Source of the DNA: Candidatus Poribacteria bacterium
Lineage (GTDB): Bacteria; Poribacteria; WGA-4E; PCPOR2b
Assembly: GCA_965215015.1 (NCBI GenBank)
Contig: OZ244042.1
Location: forward strand, 2,137,557-2,201,556
DNA: 64,000 bases
Direction of reading: 5' to 3'
Positions 40,067-49,180 of this stretch are shown one piece after another. The notes under the pieces were generated by a model. It was given only the letters and a program-made list of their open reading frames with translations, made no database searches and was not told the origin of the DNA. Position 1 is the first letter of the stretch. Each line of letters opens with the position of its first letter. The position numbers were made by a program, and so were the translations under genes.

Positions 40067-40069
40067 TCT

Positions 40070-40525
40070 ATGAAATGTCCATACTGCAATGGTTCAAGCA
40101 TAAGAGTCATCGACAAACGGGATACTGATGGAGGGACTGCCATCCGTAGACGCCGAGTGTGTCTCAATTGCTCAAAGCGGTTTACAACCTATGAGCGGGC
40201 TGAAGTATTAGATCTTTTCATTATTAAGAAGGACCAGCGCCGCGAAGCTTTTAATCGACAAAAGCTAAGGCGCAATATCATGAAGGCGTGTGAAAAACGC
40301 TTGATTAGTCAAGAAACTATCGATCGCTTGATTGGGGAGGTCGAACAAAAACTCATCAGTATGCACAAATCCGAAATCGAAAGCCATATTATTGGTGAAA
40401 TTGTTATGGACGCTCTCAAAAATTTGGATAGTGTCGCATATATTCGATTCGCTTCTGTTTACCGTGATTTCAAGGATGCGGCAGATTTTGAAAACGAGCT
40501 CCGCCAATTGGCACCCGATGATTAG
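40070..40525 (+). CDS. nrdR: Transcriptional repressor NrdR
   Basis: MKCPYCNGSSIRVIDKRDT...RRRVCLNCSKRFTTYE contains the zinc ribbon, followed by an ATP-cone. The start is set at the conserved MKCP. Confidence 0.85.
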   Translation: MKCPYCNGSSIRVIDKRDTDGGTAIRRRRVCLNCSKRFTTYERAEVLDLFIIKKDQRREAFNRQKLRRNIMKACEKRLISQETIDRLIGEVEQKLISMHKSEIESHIIGEIVMDALKNLDSVAYIRFASVYRDFKDAADFENELRQLAPDD

Positions 40526-40646
40526 ATTAATGAAACCGAGGGTTCAGAGAGAACGTCAAACTAAGGGGTGTTATAAACGAATTACAGGTAGGTCTCTTAG
40601 GTCTCTGAATCCACTATAGAAAGGAATCAAAAAGAAAGGAGTCAAA

Positions 40647-43600
40647 ATGTCCCAAACCAAAGATTTTGGTGTTAAGCAGGATTCGATCGCCACCGCGCCA
40701 TCGGATGAAACTGCTGACATCAAACCCTCTTCTCTTCTTGAGGAAACTACACAAAAACGGGGCTTGAAAATCGATCGACGGTATACCACGTCCGATGTGC
40801 ATCCATTCGATGCAATTGGGTGGGAACCTCGGAGTTCGGTAATCTATAATGAAAAAGGCGAAGTCATCTTCGAGAAAAAAGCGGTCGAGGTCCCGTCAAA
40901 CTGGTCGCAATTAGCAGCGGATATTGCGGTGTCCAAATATTTCCGTAAAGCAGGAGTACCTAAAATGGAGAGCGAAACAAGCGTTCGTCAACTCATCCAA
41001 CGCGTCGCTCATACCATCCGCCACGCAGGTGAAACACTTGGCGGTTACTTCGCTACACCAAGCGATGCCGAGTCCTTTGAAATGGAACTGACAGATCTGC
41101 TCGTCGCGCAACGCGGTGCATTTAATTCGCCAGTCTGGTTTAACTGCGGCCTGTATCATCAGTATGGGATTGTTGGAGGAACAGGTAATTGGTATTGGGA
41201 TTTTGAAAAAAACAGTGTGGCCCAGACACAAAATAACTACGACCACCCGCAATGCAGCGCGTGCTTTATCCAATCTATTGAAGATGACCTGATGTCGCTT
41301 TTCGAGTTGGTCAAAAATGAGGCGCGTGTCTTTAAGTACGGTTCGGGGACTGGAACGAATTTTTCCAAGATTCGAGGGCGGCAAGAAAAACTCTCCGGCG
41401 GCGGCACGAGCAGTGGATTGATGTCTTTTCTCGAGGTTTTTGACCGCGGGGCAGGGGCGACCAAATCTGGAGGGACTACCCGGCGCGCGGCAAAGATGGT
41501 ATGCCTCGATATGGATCATCCAGAAATCATTGATTTCATCAACTGGAAGGTAAATGAGGAAAAAAAGGTGGCCGCGCTCGTCGCCGCTGGTTATTCCTCT
41601 GACTTCAATGGGGAGGCGTATAAGACTGTTTCCGGGCAAAACTCAAATAACTCTGTCCGACTTACGGACGAATTTATGAATGCCTATCTGCGTGGGGACA
41701 AATGGCATACGAGGTTCCGTACAACGGGCGAAATCTGTGAAACATTTGAAACCAAAGATCTCATGCGTCAAATCTCCGAAGCCGCTTGGGCTTGCGCGGA
41801 TCCAGGTGTACAGTTTGACACGACGATTAACAACTGGCATACCTGCGCGAATACCGATCGAATTTATAGTAGTAATCCATGTTCAGAATATATGTTCCTT
41901 GACGGCACCGCATGTAATCTCGCTTCTATCAATCTGCTCAAATTCGTCGATGAAGATGGAACCTTCGATGTGGACGGGTTCAAGCATGCCTGCCGAATCT
42001 TCTTCATCGGTCAGGAAATTCTTATTGATTTCTCCTCCTATCCGACCCGCCCCATTGCTCAAAACAGCCACGACTATCGACCGATCGGATTGGGATATGC
42101 GAATCTGGGGACTTTGTTGATGATCAATGGTATCCCTTACGATAGCGAACAGGGGTATGCCATCGCCGGCGCGCTTACGGCGATTCTCTGTGGTGAGGCA
42201 TATCGGACATCCGCTGAGATGGCTGCAATCAAAGGTCCCTTCCCCGGATTCGATAAGAACCGCGAGCCGATGCTGCATGTGATGAATAAACATCGTGCCG
42301 CAGCCTATGACTTGAACCTGAATGTCTGCCCACCTTACCTTTTGAAGGCGGCACAACAAACATGGGATGATGCAGTTGAGATGGGTGAACGGTATGGCTA
42401 TCGGAATGCACAAGCGACAGTGTTAGCACCTACCGGGACCATAGGGCTGCTGATGGAATGCGACACGACTGGTGTTGAACCCGAATTCGCGCTTGTGAAA
42501 TTCAAGAAGTTGGCGGGCGGCGGTTACTTTAAGATTATCAACCAATCCGTGCCCCGTGCGTTGAAAAAGCTCGGTTATACGGACGAAGAGATTGACGCCA
42601 TCGTGACTTATGTGCAGGGTACTTCCTCGCTGATCGGTTCCTCCTATATTAATAATATTTCACTTAAACAAAAGGGTTTGACTGACGAGGAGATCGGTCA
42701 GATTGAAGCGACGTTACCCTCCGTCTTTGAATTAACGCATGCGTTTAACGCCTACACCGTCGGAGAGGAAGGGATGGAACGTCTCGGATTTGGTCCGGAG
42801 CAATATAACGCGCAGGATTTTAATCTCTTGAGTAAATTGGGATTTACTCAACAGCAAATTGAAGAAGCAAACAACATAATTTGTGGTATGATGACCATTG
42901 AAGGTGCACCGCATCTGAAAGCGGAACATCTACCCGTCTTTGATTGTGCCAACAAATGTGGGAAGTACGGTCAGCGTTATATTGAGCCGATGGCGCATGT
43001 TCGCATGGTCGCCGCGACGCAGCCATTCCTGAGTGGGTCGATATCCAAAACCATCAACATGCCCCACGAAACAACAGTTGAAGAGGTCGAAAACCTTTAC
43101 GTTGAGGCATGGAAACTGGGATTGAAAGCGGTAGCACTCTATCGGGATGGATCGAAATTGTCCCAACCTCTCAGCACAACAAGAGCAGAAGCGGCGGAGG
43201 AGGAATCGGAGGCTCGGCCAATCCGCCGCCGTCTGCCCAACGAACGTAATTCCATTACCCACAAATTCAGCATTGCGGGTCATGAAGGCTACATCACCGT
43301 TGGATTTTACGAAGATGGCAGCCCCGGCGAGGTGTTTCTCAAAATGTCGAAGGAAGGCTCAGTCATCTCCGGATTGATGGATACTATCGCGACAATGACC
43401 TCTATCTCCTTACAATACGGCGTTCCGTTGGAGTCGCTGGTCAGTAAGTTCAGCCATGTCCGATTTGAGCCTGAGGGATTCACCAATAATAAGGATATCC
43501 CGATAGCTAAATCAATCATTGACTATGTATTCCGCTGGCTGGGACTGAAATTCTTGCCTCAAAGTGAAAGTGAAATGCTTGCCGAGGGAGACGGAAGCCT

Positions 43601-43811
43601 CGGTGATCAACTTGCCCAACCACAGCAGCTGCACCCTTATGGGGAGGACATCAATCAGGAAGAAACCGCCCAAAGACTGGAAGCACGCGAGAAACGGGTC
43701 GCAGCGATGCAGTCAGATGCCCCTCCTTGCCACGATTGCGGGACCATCATGGTGCGAAACGGCACCTGTTATCGCTGTCTGAATTGCGGCGCGACGAGTG
43801 GGTGTTCGTAG
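40647..43811 (+). CDS. nrdJ: Class II (adenosylcobalamin-dependent) ribonucleotide reductase
   Basis: 1054 aa. The active-site region NPCSEY/NLASINL, a C-terminal Cys pair and a zinc ribbon (CHDCG...CYRCLNCG) are present. Confidence 0.85.
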   Translation: MSQTKDFGVKQDSIATAPSDETADIKPSSLLEETTQKRGLKIDRRYTTSDVHPFDAIGWEPRSSVIYNEKGEVIFEKKAVEVPSNWSQLAADIAVSKYFRKAGVPKMESETSVRQLIQRVAHTIRHAGETLGGYFATPSDAESFEMELTDLLVAQRGAFNSPVWFNCGLYHQYGIVGGTGNWYWDFEKNSVAQTQNNYDHPQCSACFIQSIEDDLMSLFELVKNEARVFKYGSGTGTNFSKIRGRQEKLSGGGTSSGLMSFLEVFDRGAGATKSGGTTRRAAKMVCLDMDHPEIIDFINWKVNEEKKVAALVAAGYSSDFNGEAYKTVSGQNSNNSVRLTDEFMNAYLRGDKWHTRFRTTGEICETFETKDLMRQISEAAWACADPGVQFDTTINNWHTCANTDRIYSSNPCSEYMFLDGTACNLASINLLKFVDEDGTFDVDGFKHACRIFFIGQEILIDFSSYPTRPIAQNSHDYRPIGLGYANLGTLLMINGIPYDSEQGYAIAGALTAILCGEAYRTSAEMAAIKGPFPGFDKNREPMLHVMNKHRAAAYDLNLNVCPPYLLKAAQQTWDDAVEMGERYGYRNAQATVLAPTGTIGLLMECDTTGVEPEFALVKFKKLAGGGYFKIINQSVPRALKKLGYTDEEIDAIVTYVQGTSSLIGSSYINNISLKQKGLTDEEIGQIEATLPSVFELTHAFNAYTVGEEGMERLGFGPEQYNAQDFNLLSKLGFTQQQIEEANNIICGMMTIEGAPHLKAEHLPVFDCANKCGKYGQRYIEPMAHVRMVAATQPFLSGSISKTINMPHETTVEEVENLYVEAWKLGLKAVALYRDGSKLSQPLSTTRAEAAEEESEARPIRRRLPNERNSITHKFSIAGHEGYITVGFYEDGSPGEVFLKMSKEGSVISGLMDTIATMTSISLQYGVPLESLVSKFSHVRFEPEGFTNNKDIPIAKSIIDYVFRWLGLKFLPQSESEMLAEGDGSLGDQLAQPQQLHPYGEDINQEETAQRLEAREKRVAAMQSDAPPCHDCGTIMVRNGTCYRCLNCGATSGCS

Positions 43812-43885
43812 GACTGAAACATGGAAAGGGTGAACTCAACAATCAGAAATATCGTTGAAAAAGCGTATAAAAAAGAAACCAACAA

Positions 43886-44653
43886 GTGCGGGACCCAAGG
43901 ATGAAAACTGAGACCTTCACCCGTTTTGCCTCCAAGTCCGAAAATTACGCAAAGCACCGTCCTGATTACGCCCCCGAAGCAATTCAAGCAATAATTGAAC
44001 ATACAAAGCTAATACCGGCATCCGTGATTGCAGACATCGGTGCAGGAACAGGCATTGTGGCCCGGCATTTCGTCGAAAGTGGTAACTCCGTCTACGCTGT
44101 TGAACCGAATCCAGAAATGCGGCAGAGGGCAGAGATTGAACTTGGAAAGCGTCCAAATTTTCATAGCGTAAATGGGAATTCGGAGGGGACGACGCTGCAG
44201 GAGGCAAGCATTGACTTGATTACAGTCGGGCAAGCAATCCGGTGGTTTGATCCAGAGCCAAGCAAGCAGGAGTTTCTACGAATCCTGAAACCCAATGGCT
44301 GGTTTTCCATTCTCCAGCATTCACGGTGTCGTGATAACCTGACTCAAGCAATCAGCCAAGTATGTAGTGCCCAAAATGGATGGCAACGTTCCAATGCTCC
44401 TAAAGGTCCTCTTTATGAATGGTGGTTTGGTGAAGACGGTCGGTTCCTATATCTTCAATTTCCGAACCCACGCACTTTTGATCTAGAGAATTTGATCGGA
44501 TTGGAATTATCCAACTCACATGCACCTGACGAAAGCCACCCTGCCCATCCTGCTTTTGTTGATGCCTTGCATAGCGTGTTTGAGAGTTTTCAGGATGGGG
44601 GCACGATTACAATGAACTTCACGACCCATCTCTATGTAGGGTTGATAAGCTGA
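43886..44653 (+). CDS. Class I SAM-dependent methyltransferase
   Basis: VIADIGAGTGIVARHF (motif I) is followed by VYAVEPNPEM. Confidence 0.7.
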   Translation: MRDPRMKTETFTRFASKSENYAKHRPDYAPEAIQAIIEHTKLIPASVIADIGAGTGIVARHFVESGNSVYAVEPNPEMRQRAEIELGKRPNFHSVNGNSEGTTLQEASIDLITVGQAIRWFDPEPSKQEFLRILKPNGWFSILQHSRCRDNLTQAISQVCSAQNGWQRSNAPKGPLYEWWFGEDGRFLYLQFPNPRTFDLENLIGLELSNSHAPDESHPAHPAFVDALHSVFESFQDGGTITMNFTTHLYVGLIS

Positions 44654-44749
44654 AGCTAGAGATTCAGATGCAATCGCTCTTGTTTTGACGGTCATTTGAC
44701 TCAAACCTATACTAAATCCAAATGCTACAGAGATTGCTTCGTAGTCCAA

Positions 44750-45652
44750 TCACCCGTAGATCACGCGTAGAAGATTGAAGCCGATTACCCCCGCCACAAT
44801 CAAAACGATGAACGCAAAGCAGAAGCGGACTGAATCCCCCTGTATTCTTTGATTAACGATTGCTCCAATTTGTGCACAGATTGTGGACCCGACCAGCAAA
44901 AACACAACCAGCCATAAATTGACATTGCCCCGCATTGCATGGATAGCAGTCCCATAAACAGCAGAAAAAAATACGATGAGCGAAACCGTGCCAACTGCTG
45001 TGTGCGTTTCAACGCCATATCCGTAGATTAGCAGCGGCACGAAGAGGACGCCGCCGCCAATCCCAAGCAACCCTGTGAAAACACCGATGACGAGTGCTGA
45101 GTAAACAACGGCCGGGAGCGAAATTTGGGGCACTCCGCTGTTGGGAAGGGAAACATAAGGTGGGATACGGAGGCCTTGAAGTAAGCCGTGCGGTTGCCTG
45201 TGATCGTTTTTCCTTCTGCGAATCAGTGATTCTATGAGAATCAATCCTGAAACGGTGATAAGCACTCCGAAGAAGAGCCATTGTAGGTAAAATTGAAGTG
45301 CTGGAATTGATTGCTTGCTCACATTGATTGGTCCCAACCTATCCAGCCAGTCGAGCAGATATACTCCAAGCTCGATGCCGACAAAATTACCCCCCACAAT
45401 CATCAATGCCAGTTTTGCATCAATGTCACCGAACTTCCAATACCGCAATACCGTAGAGAAAGTGGTGCCGGCCGTCCGAGAAAGCGTGCTCCCGATGCAG
45501 ATTGGGAAGGGGATGCCAAATAAGATATTAAGGACCGGGGTGATTAGCGGACCGCCGCCGATTCCAAAGAAACCTGACAAGAAACCGCTGATACACCCTA
45601 AACTAATCAACCCCAAGATATTAACAGGTATGCCACTGATATCGACGTTCAT
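44750..45652 (-). CDS. TauE/SafE family sulfite/anion exporter
   Basis: Two 4-TM repeats, each carrying a GxGGG motif (GFFGIGGGPL and GLLGIGGGVL). Confidence 0.75.
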   Translation of the reverse strand: MNVDISGIPVNILGLISLGCISGFLSGFFGIGGGPLITPVLNILFGIPFPICIGSTLSRTAGTTFSTVLRYWKFGDIDAKLALMIVGGNFVGIELGVYLLDWLDRLGPINVSKQSIPALQFYLQWLFFGVLITVSGLILIESLIRRRKNDHRQPHGLLQGLRIPPYVSLPNSGVPQISLPAVVYSALVIGVFTGLLGIGGGVLFVPLLIYGYGVETHTAVGTVSLIVFFSAVYGTAIHAMRGNVNLWLVVFLLVGSTICAQIGAIVNQRIQGDSVRFCFAFIVLIVAGVIGFNLLRVIYG

Positions 45653-46038
45653 CTAGCGTTATGGACTCAAATGTGATAATCGATTCTAGGGTTGGGGGGA
45701 GTTGAACGACCAGTACGACGACCTAGAAGGACAAAGATCCAGTGAATAAGCCCGCCCCAACCAATCGGGAAGAGTAAACAGATTAGAACGTTAAAAATGA
45801 CTTCCATGCACGACTCCAATTCGATGCAATATCAAAATCTGCTCGTAACGCCCAGTAGAAGTAGGGGTAATTTCTTGTTTGCCCCTCACGGATAGGCACC
45901 TACCCCTGACAACTTGAGAGCTCTAGACCTCTATCAGTAGAGACATTAGGGACTTACGCCATCGTGTACTCATACATTGCAAGTATAGACTAAAGTTGTG
46001 GTATTGTCAAAGGGAAAAATTGATCGAAGTCTTTTTGC

Positions 46039-46067
46039 TTGCATTTCCCATAGGGGTGTGCTACAAT
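46039..46067 (+). promoter_or_regulatory. Sigma70-like promoter: TTGCAT, 17-nt spacer, TGcTACAAT
   Basis: Extended -10 tgcTACAAT at 46059-46067. It has the same architecture as the promoter at 2066-2094. Confidence 0.4.
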
Positions 46068-46167
46068 CACCAACGTGAAATGTAAAGGGCGTTCCTCTCA
46101 CGTTTCATACATCACGTTGCGTATTTCTATGATGTTTGTGGTTAAACTGAGACCGTAAGGAGTTTTC

Positions 46168-48240
46168 TTGATGAAGGAATATCAGACGGAACAGATTCGG
46201 AATATCGGCATTATTGGGCATTCGGGAACAGGCAAGACTTCACTCATCGAAGCGATACTCTATAATGGGGGCGCAATCGAGCGAATGGGACAAGTTGATA
46301 ATGGGAGTTCAGTTTCAGATTATGCTCCAGATGAGATTGAACGCAAAATGACCATTAACTGTTCTGTGTGTGTCGCTGAGTGGAAAGGGCACAAGTTTAA
46401 CATTATTGATACGCCCGGTGCCGAGGATTTCTATGGAGATCTCGAGAGCGTACTGCGGGTAGTAGATGCCGTTATTGTAGTGATTGATGCAACAACCGGT
46501 GTTGAAGGGGGGACGGAGAAAGTATGGGAAGCGGCTGATAGATATGGACTCCCACGGATAATCTTTATCAACAAAATGGATAAAGAGAATGCCAGTTTTG
46601 AAAATGCGCTCGCGAGCGTTGATGAGATTCTTGAAGCCCAAACAACTGCGACACAAGTGCCAATTGGTAAAGAAACTGACTTTAAAGGCGTCATCGATCT
46701 CATCCAGATGGGAGCGTTCACAGAACCGCAGGATAATAGACCTTCAGCAAAATCAGATGTTCCTTCCGAACTTGAAGCGCAGGTGGAAGAGATGCGGGAG
46801 CAGCTTGTTGAGGTTGCAGCAGAAAGCGACGATGAGTTGATTGAAAAGTTCTTTGAAGGTGAACTCACCGACGAGGAAATTGGTACTGGACTTCGTACGG
46901 GATTATGTGCCAATCAGTTCGTACCCGTACTCTGTGGTGATGCCCTGCGAAATATTGGCGTTCAACCCCTGATGGACATAGTCACCAACTGCTGCCCATC
47001 TCCGGTTGATGCCAGACCGATTACAGCAATTGACGGCGAAACAACCTATGAGGCCTCCCCGGACTCGCCATTGGCGGCGTTGGTGTTTAAGACGTTGGCA
47101 GATCCGTTCGCTGGACGACTGAGCTTCTTCCGGGTTTATTCTGGCGTCTTAAATAGCGATTCTCAGGTTTACAACGCGACGAAAGGTGAGAATGAACGAA
47201 TCGGCAAGCTCGCATTCATGAATGGGAAAACCGCTACTAACGTGCTCCAAGTATCCGCAGGCGATATCGGAGTTGTTTCTAAACTGACGCTTGCACAAAC
47301 AGACGACACATTTTGCGACGTAGGAAGTTCGTTCCAACTTCCCGGCTGCGAATTCCCTAAGCCTGTTATCTCGTTCGCCATTAAGCCTGCACGAGAAGGG
47401 GATGATGAGAAACTGAGTTCGACCCTCTCCCGGATGATGGAAGAAGACCCATCATTCCAGATCGAACGGAATAGCACAACGAAACAGTTGCTGGTCTCCG
47501 GGCTTGGCGAGATACATCTCACCGTCATACGCAATCGAATGCGCGACAAGTTTGGCATCGAAACTGAAGTCGAAATACCGAAGGTCGCCTACCAGGAAAC
47601 GATTCGTGGTAGGGCGAACGGTATTCAAGCGAGGTATAAACGTCAGTCTGGCGGGCGCGGGCAATTCGGGGAGGTCTGGATAAACCTGTCCCCACTCCAA
47701 CGAGGTAGCGGATTTGAATTTGTCAACAAGATTGTGGGGGGCTCGATTCCGCGTAATTATATCCCCGCGGTTGAGAAAGGCATCCGTGAGTCGATGGCTC
47801 AAGGTCTGATTGCCGGGTATCCCTTCGTTGACGCTCAAGTGGAGCTCTACGACGGTAAGCATCACCCTGTTGATTCCTCTGATATGGCTTTTCAGATTGC
47901 TGGTTCTTTTGCGTTTCGAGACGCAGCAAACCAATCCAATCCAGTGCTGCTTGAGCCAATCATGAACGTCACAATCTCTGTTCCAGAACAGTTCATGGGG
48001 GATATTATCGGCGACCTCAATAGCAAACGGGGCCGAATCATGGGGGTTGAACAGGCGGGCAAACGGCAGGTCATTCAAGCGACCGTCCCGTTGGCAGAAA
48101 TGTTCCGGTATTCGATAGACCTTAAATCAATTACGAGTGCGCGGGGCAGCTTCACGATGGAGTTTTCAAATTACGAGGAGATGCCGGATGAACTAGCCCA
48201 AAAGGTAATTGCTGAAGCAAAATCAGAGGCGGAAGAGTAA
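46168..48240 (+). CDS. Elongation factor G paralog (EF-G2-like)
   Basis: GIIGHSGTGKTSL (G1), DTPG (G3) and NKMD (G4) are present, and the domain order is that of full-length EF-G. It is not in a str-operon context. Confidence 0.85.
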   Translation: MMKEYQTEQIRNIGIIGHSGTGKTSLIEAILYNGGAIERMGQVDNGSSVSDYAPDEIERKMTINCSVCVAEWKGHKFNIIDTPGAEDFYGDLESVLRVVDAVIVVIDATTGVEGGTEKVWEAADRYGLPRIIFINKMDKENASFENALASVDEILEAQTTATQVPIGKETDFKGVIDLIQMGAFTEPQDNRPSAKSDVPSELEAQVEEMREQLVEVAAESDDELIEKFFEGELTDEEIGTGLRTGLCANQFVPVLCGDALRNIGVQPLMDIVTNCCPSPVDARPITAIDGETTYEASPDSPLAALVFKTLADPFAGRLSFFRVYSGVLNSDSQVYNATKGENERIGKLAFMNGKTATNVLQVSAGDIGVVSKLTLAQTDDTFCDVGSSFQLPGCEFPKPVISFAIKPAREGDDEKLSSTLSRMMEEDPSFQIERNSTTKQLLVSGLGEIHLTVIRNRMRDKFGIETEVEIPKVAYQETIRGRANGIQARYKRQSGGRGQFGEVWINLSPLQRGSGFEFVNKIVGGSIPRNYIPAVEKGIRESMAQGLIAGYPFVDAQVELYDGKHHPVDSSDMAFQIAGSFAFRDAANQSNPVLLEPIMNVTISVPEQFMGDIIGDLNSKRGRIMGVEQAGKRQVIQATVPLAEMFRYSIDLKSITSARGSFTMEFSNYEEMPDELAQKVIAEAKSEAEE

Positions 48241-48330
48241 AAGGTCGTAACTCAACTATCGCTCTACGAAGCATACCACTATTCCGCGGTCCACCTTAGA
48301 AGCAGGTAAGGAAAGTTAGAGGAAGCTTTT

Positions 48331-49038
48331 ATGGGCAGATATGCCTACTATTACAATCTTGCTAAAACTCATCTGGATCAAGGAGATTCTGGTCGTGCCC
48401 TCATAAACTTTACCTTAGCACAGCGACAGAATCCCAATCGTGTCGAGGCCTATTACGCTCGTGCTACGGTTCACCAGCTGAGAGGCAATCATGATCGCGC
48501 CAATGCAGATTTGACCACGGCACAGAACCTCACGAGAATTTCCTTTGCTGAGTTTGATTTAACGAAGGCCAACGAATTTGTAGAGAGCGATGCCGGATTA
48601 AGCCTTATAGAAAACCAGGACGCGAACCCTAGTGATATTCTTATAAGGAAACTCGGCGAGATTGCCTTTGCTAAATTTCTATATGAGCATGATAAGGCAT
48701 TCTTGAATGATGCCAATCAACTTCTAACATGGGATGATGTTTATACATCGGACAGACTGAATCTCCAGACTTGCGACGGCCAAACTGTTGATGTTAAGGC
48801 ATCCAAATTCCAAAGCATAGTGGTTCCATATAATAATAAACCAAGGGATTATTACGTCGGAGTTGGAATTTCAACGGATAAGACAATAGGTACAGTGGAG
48901 GGTTTTATTCATAGAGATGGACTAAAGCCCTCTGAGTCTAACATTCCCGATCCATGTCTTCAAAGAAAATTTGAATCACTTAAATGTATCGAAGACTTGC
49001 TTGAAATGATGCCTGAGGCAGAAAACGGTGCGAGCTAG
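48331..49038 (+). CDS. TPR-like N-terminus fused to the same roughly 170-aa module found at the RpoB C-terminus
   Basis: Residues from about 68 to the end align at roughly 80% identity with RpoB residues 1536-1706 (RISF.E.DL.KANEF...GEIAFAKFL...[16 protein letters not shown]...MPEAENGA). Confidence 0.55.
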   Translation: MGRYAYYYNLAKTHLDQGDSGRALINFTLAQRQNPNRVEAYYARATVHQLRGNHDRANADLTTAQNLTRISFAEFDLTKANEFVESDAGLSLIENQDANPSDILIRKLGEIAFAKFLYEHDKAFLNDANQLLTWDDVYTSDRLNLQTCDGQTVDVKASKFQSIVVPYNNKPRDYYVGVGISTDKTIGTVEGFIHRDGLKPSESNIPDPCLQRKFESLKCIEDLLEMMPEAENGAS

Positions 49039-49180
49039 GTCCCACGGGAGAATAATAAACAAATGTGCCCCCTATCCCCAATACCTGCCCTTGTGATGGT
49101 GGGTATGCACCCCATTAGAAACGGATAAGATCTCTCTCGTTCTTACCGAAAAAACTTTAGGTCTGTTCACGCATTACCTA

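Noticed and set aside
40526-40646. A cobalamin riboswitch upstream of the class II RNR
   Set aside because: The interval is only about 120 bp and lacks the conserved B12-box (rAGYCMGgAgaCCkGCc-like) sequence.
45668-45805. A 45-aa hydrophobic micro-ORF on the minus strand upstream of the TauE/SafE gene
   Set aside because: It could be a leader or membrane peptide, but it falls below the ORF threshold and has no ribosome-binding site. The evidence is insufficient.
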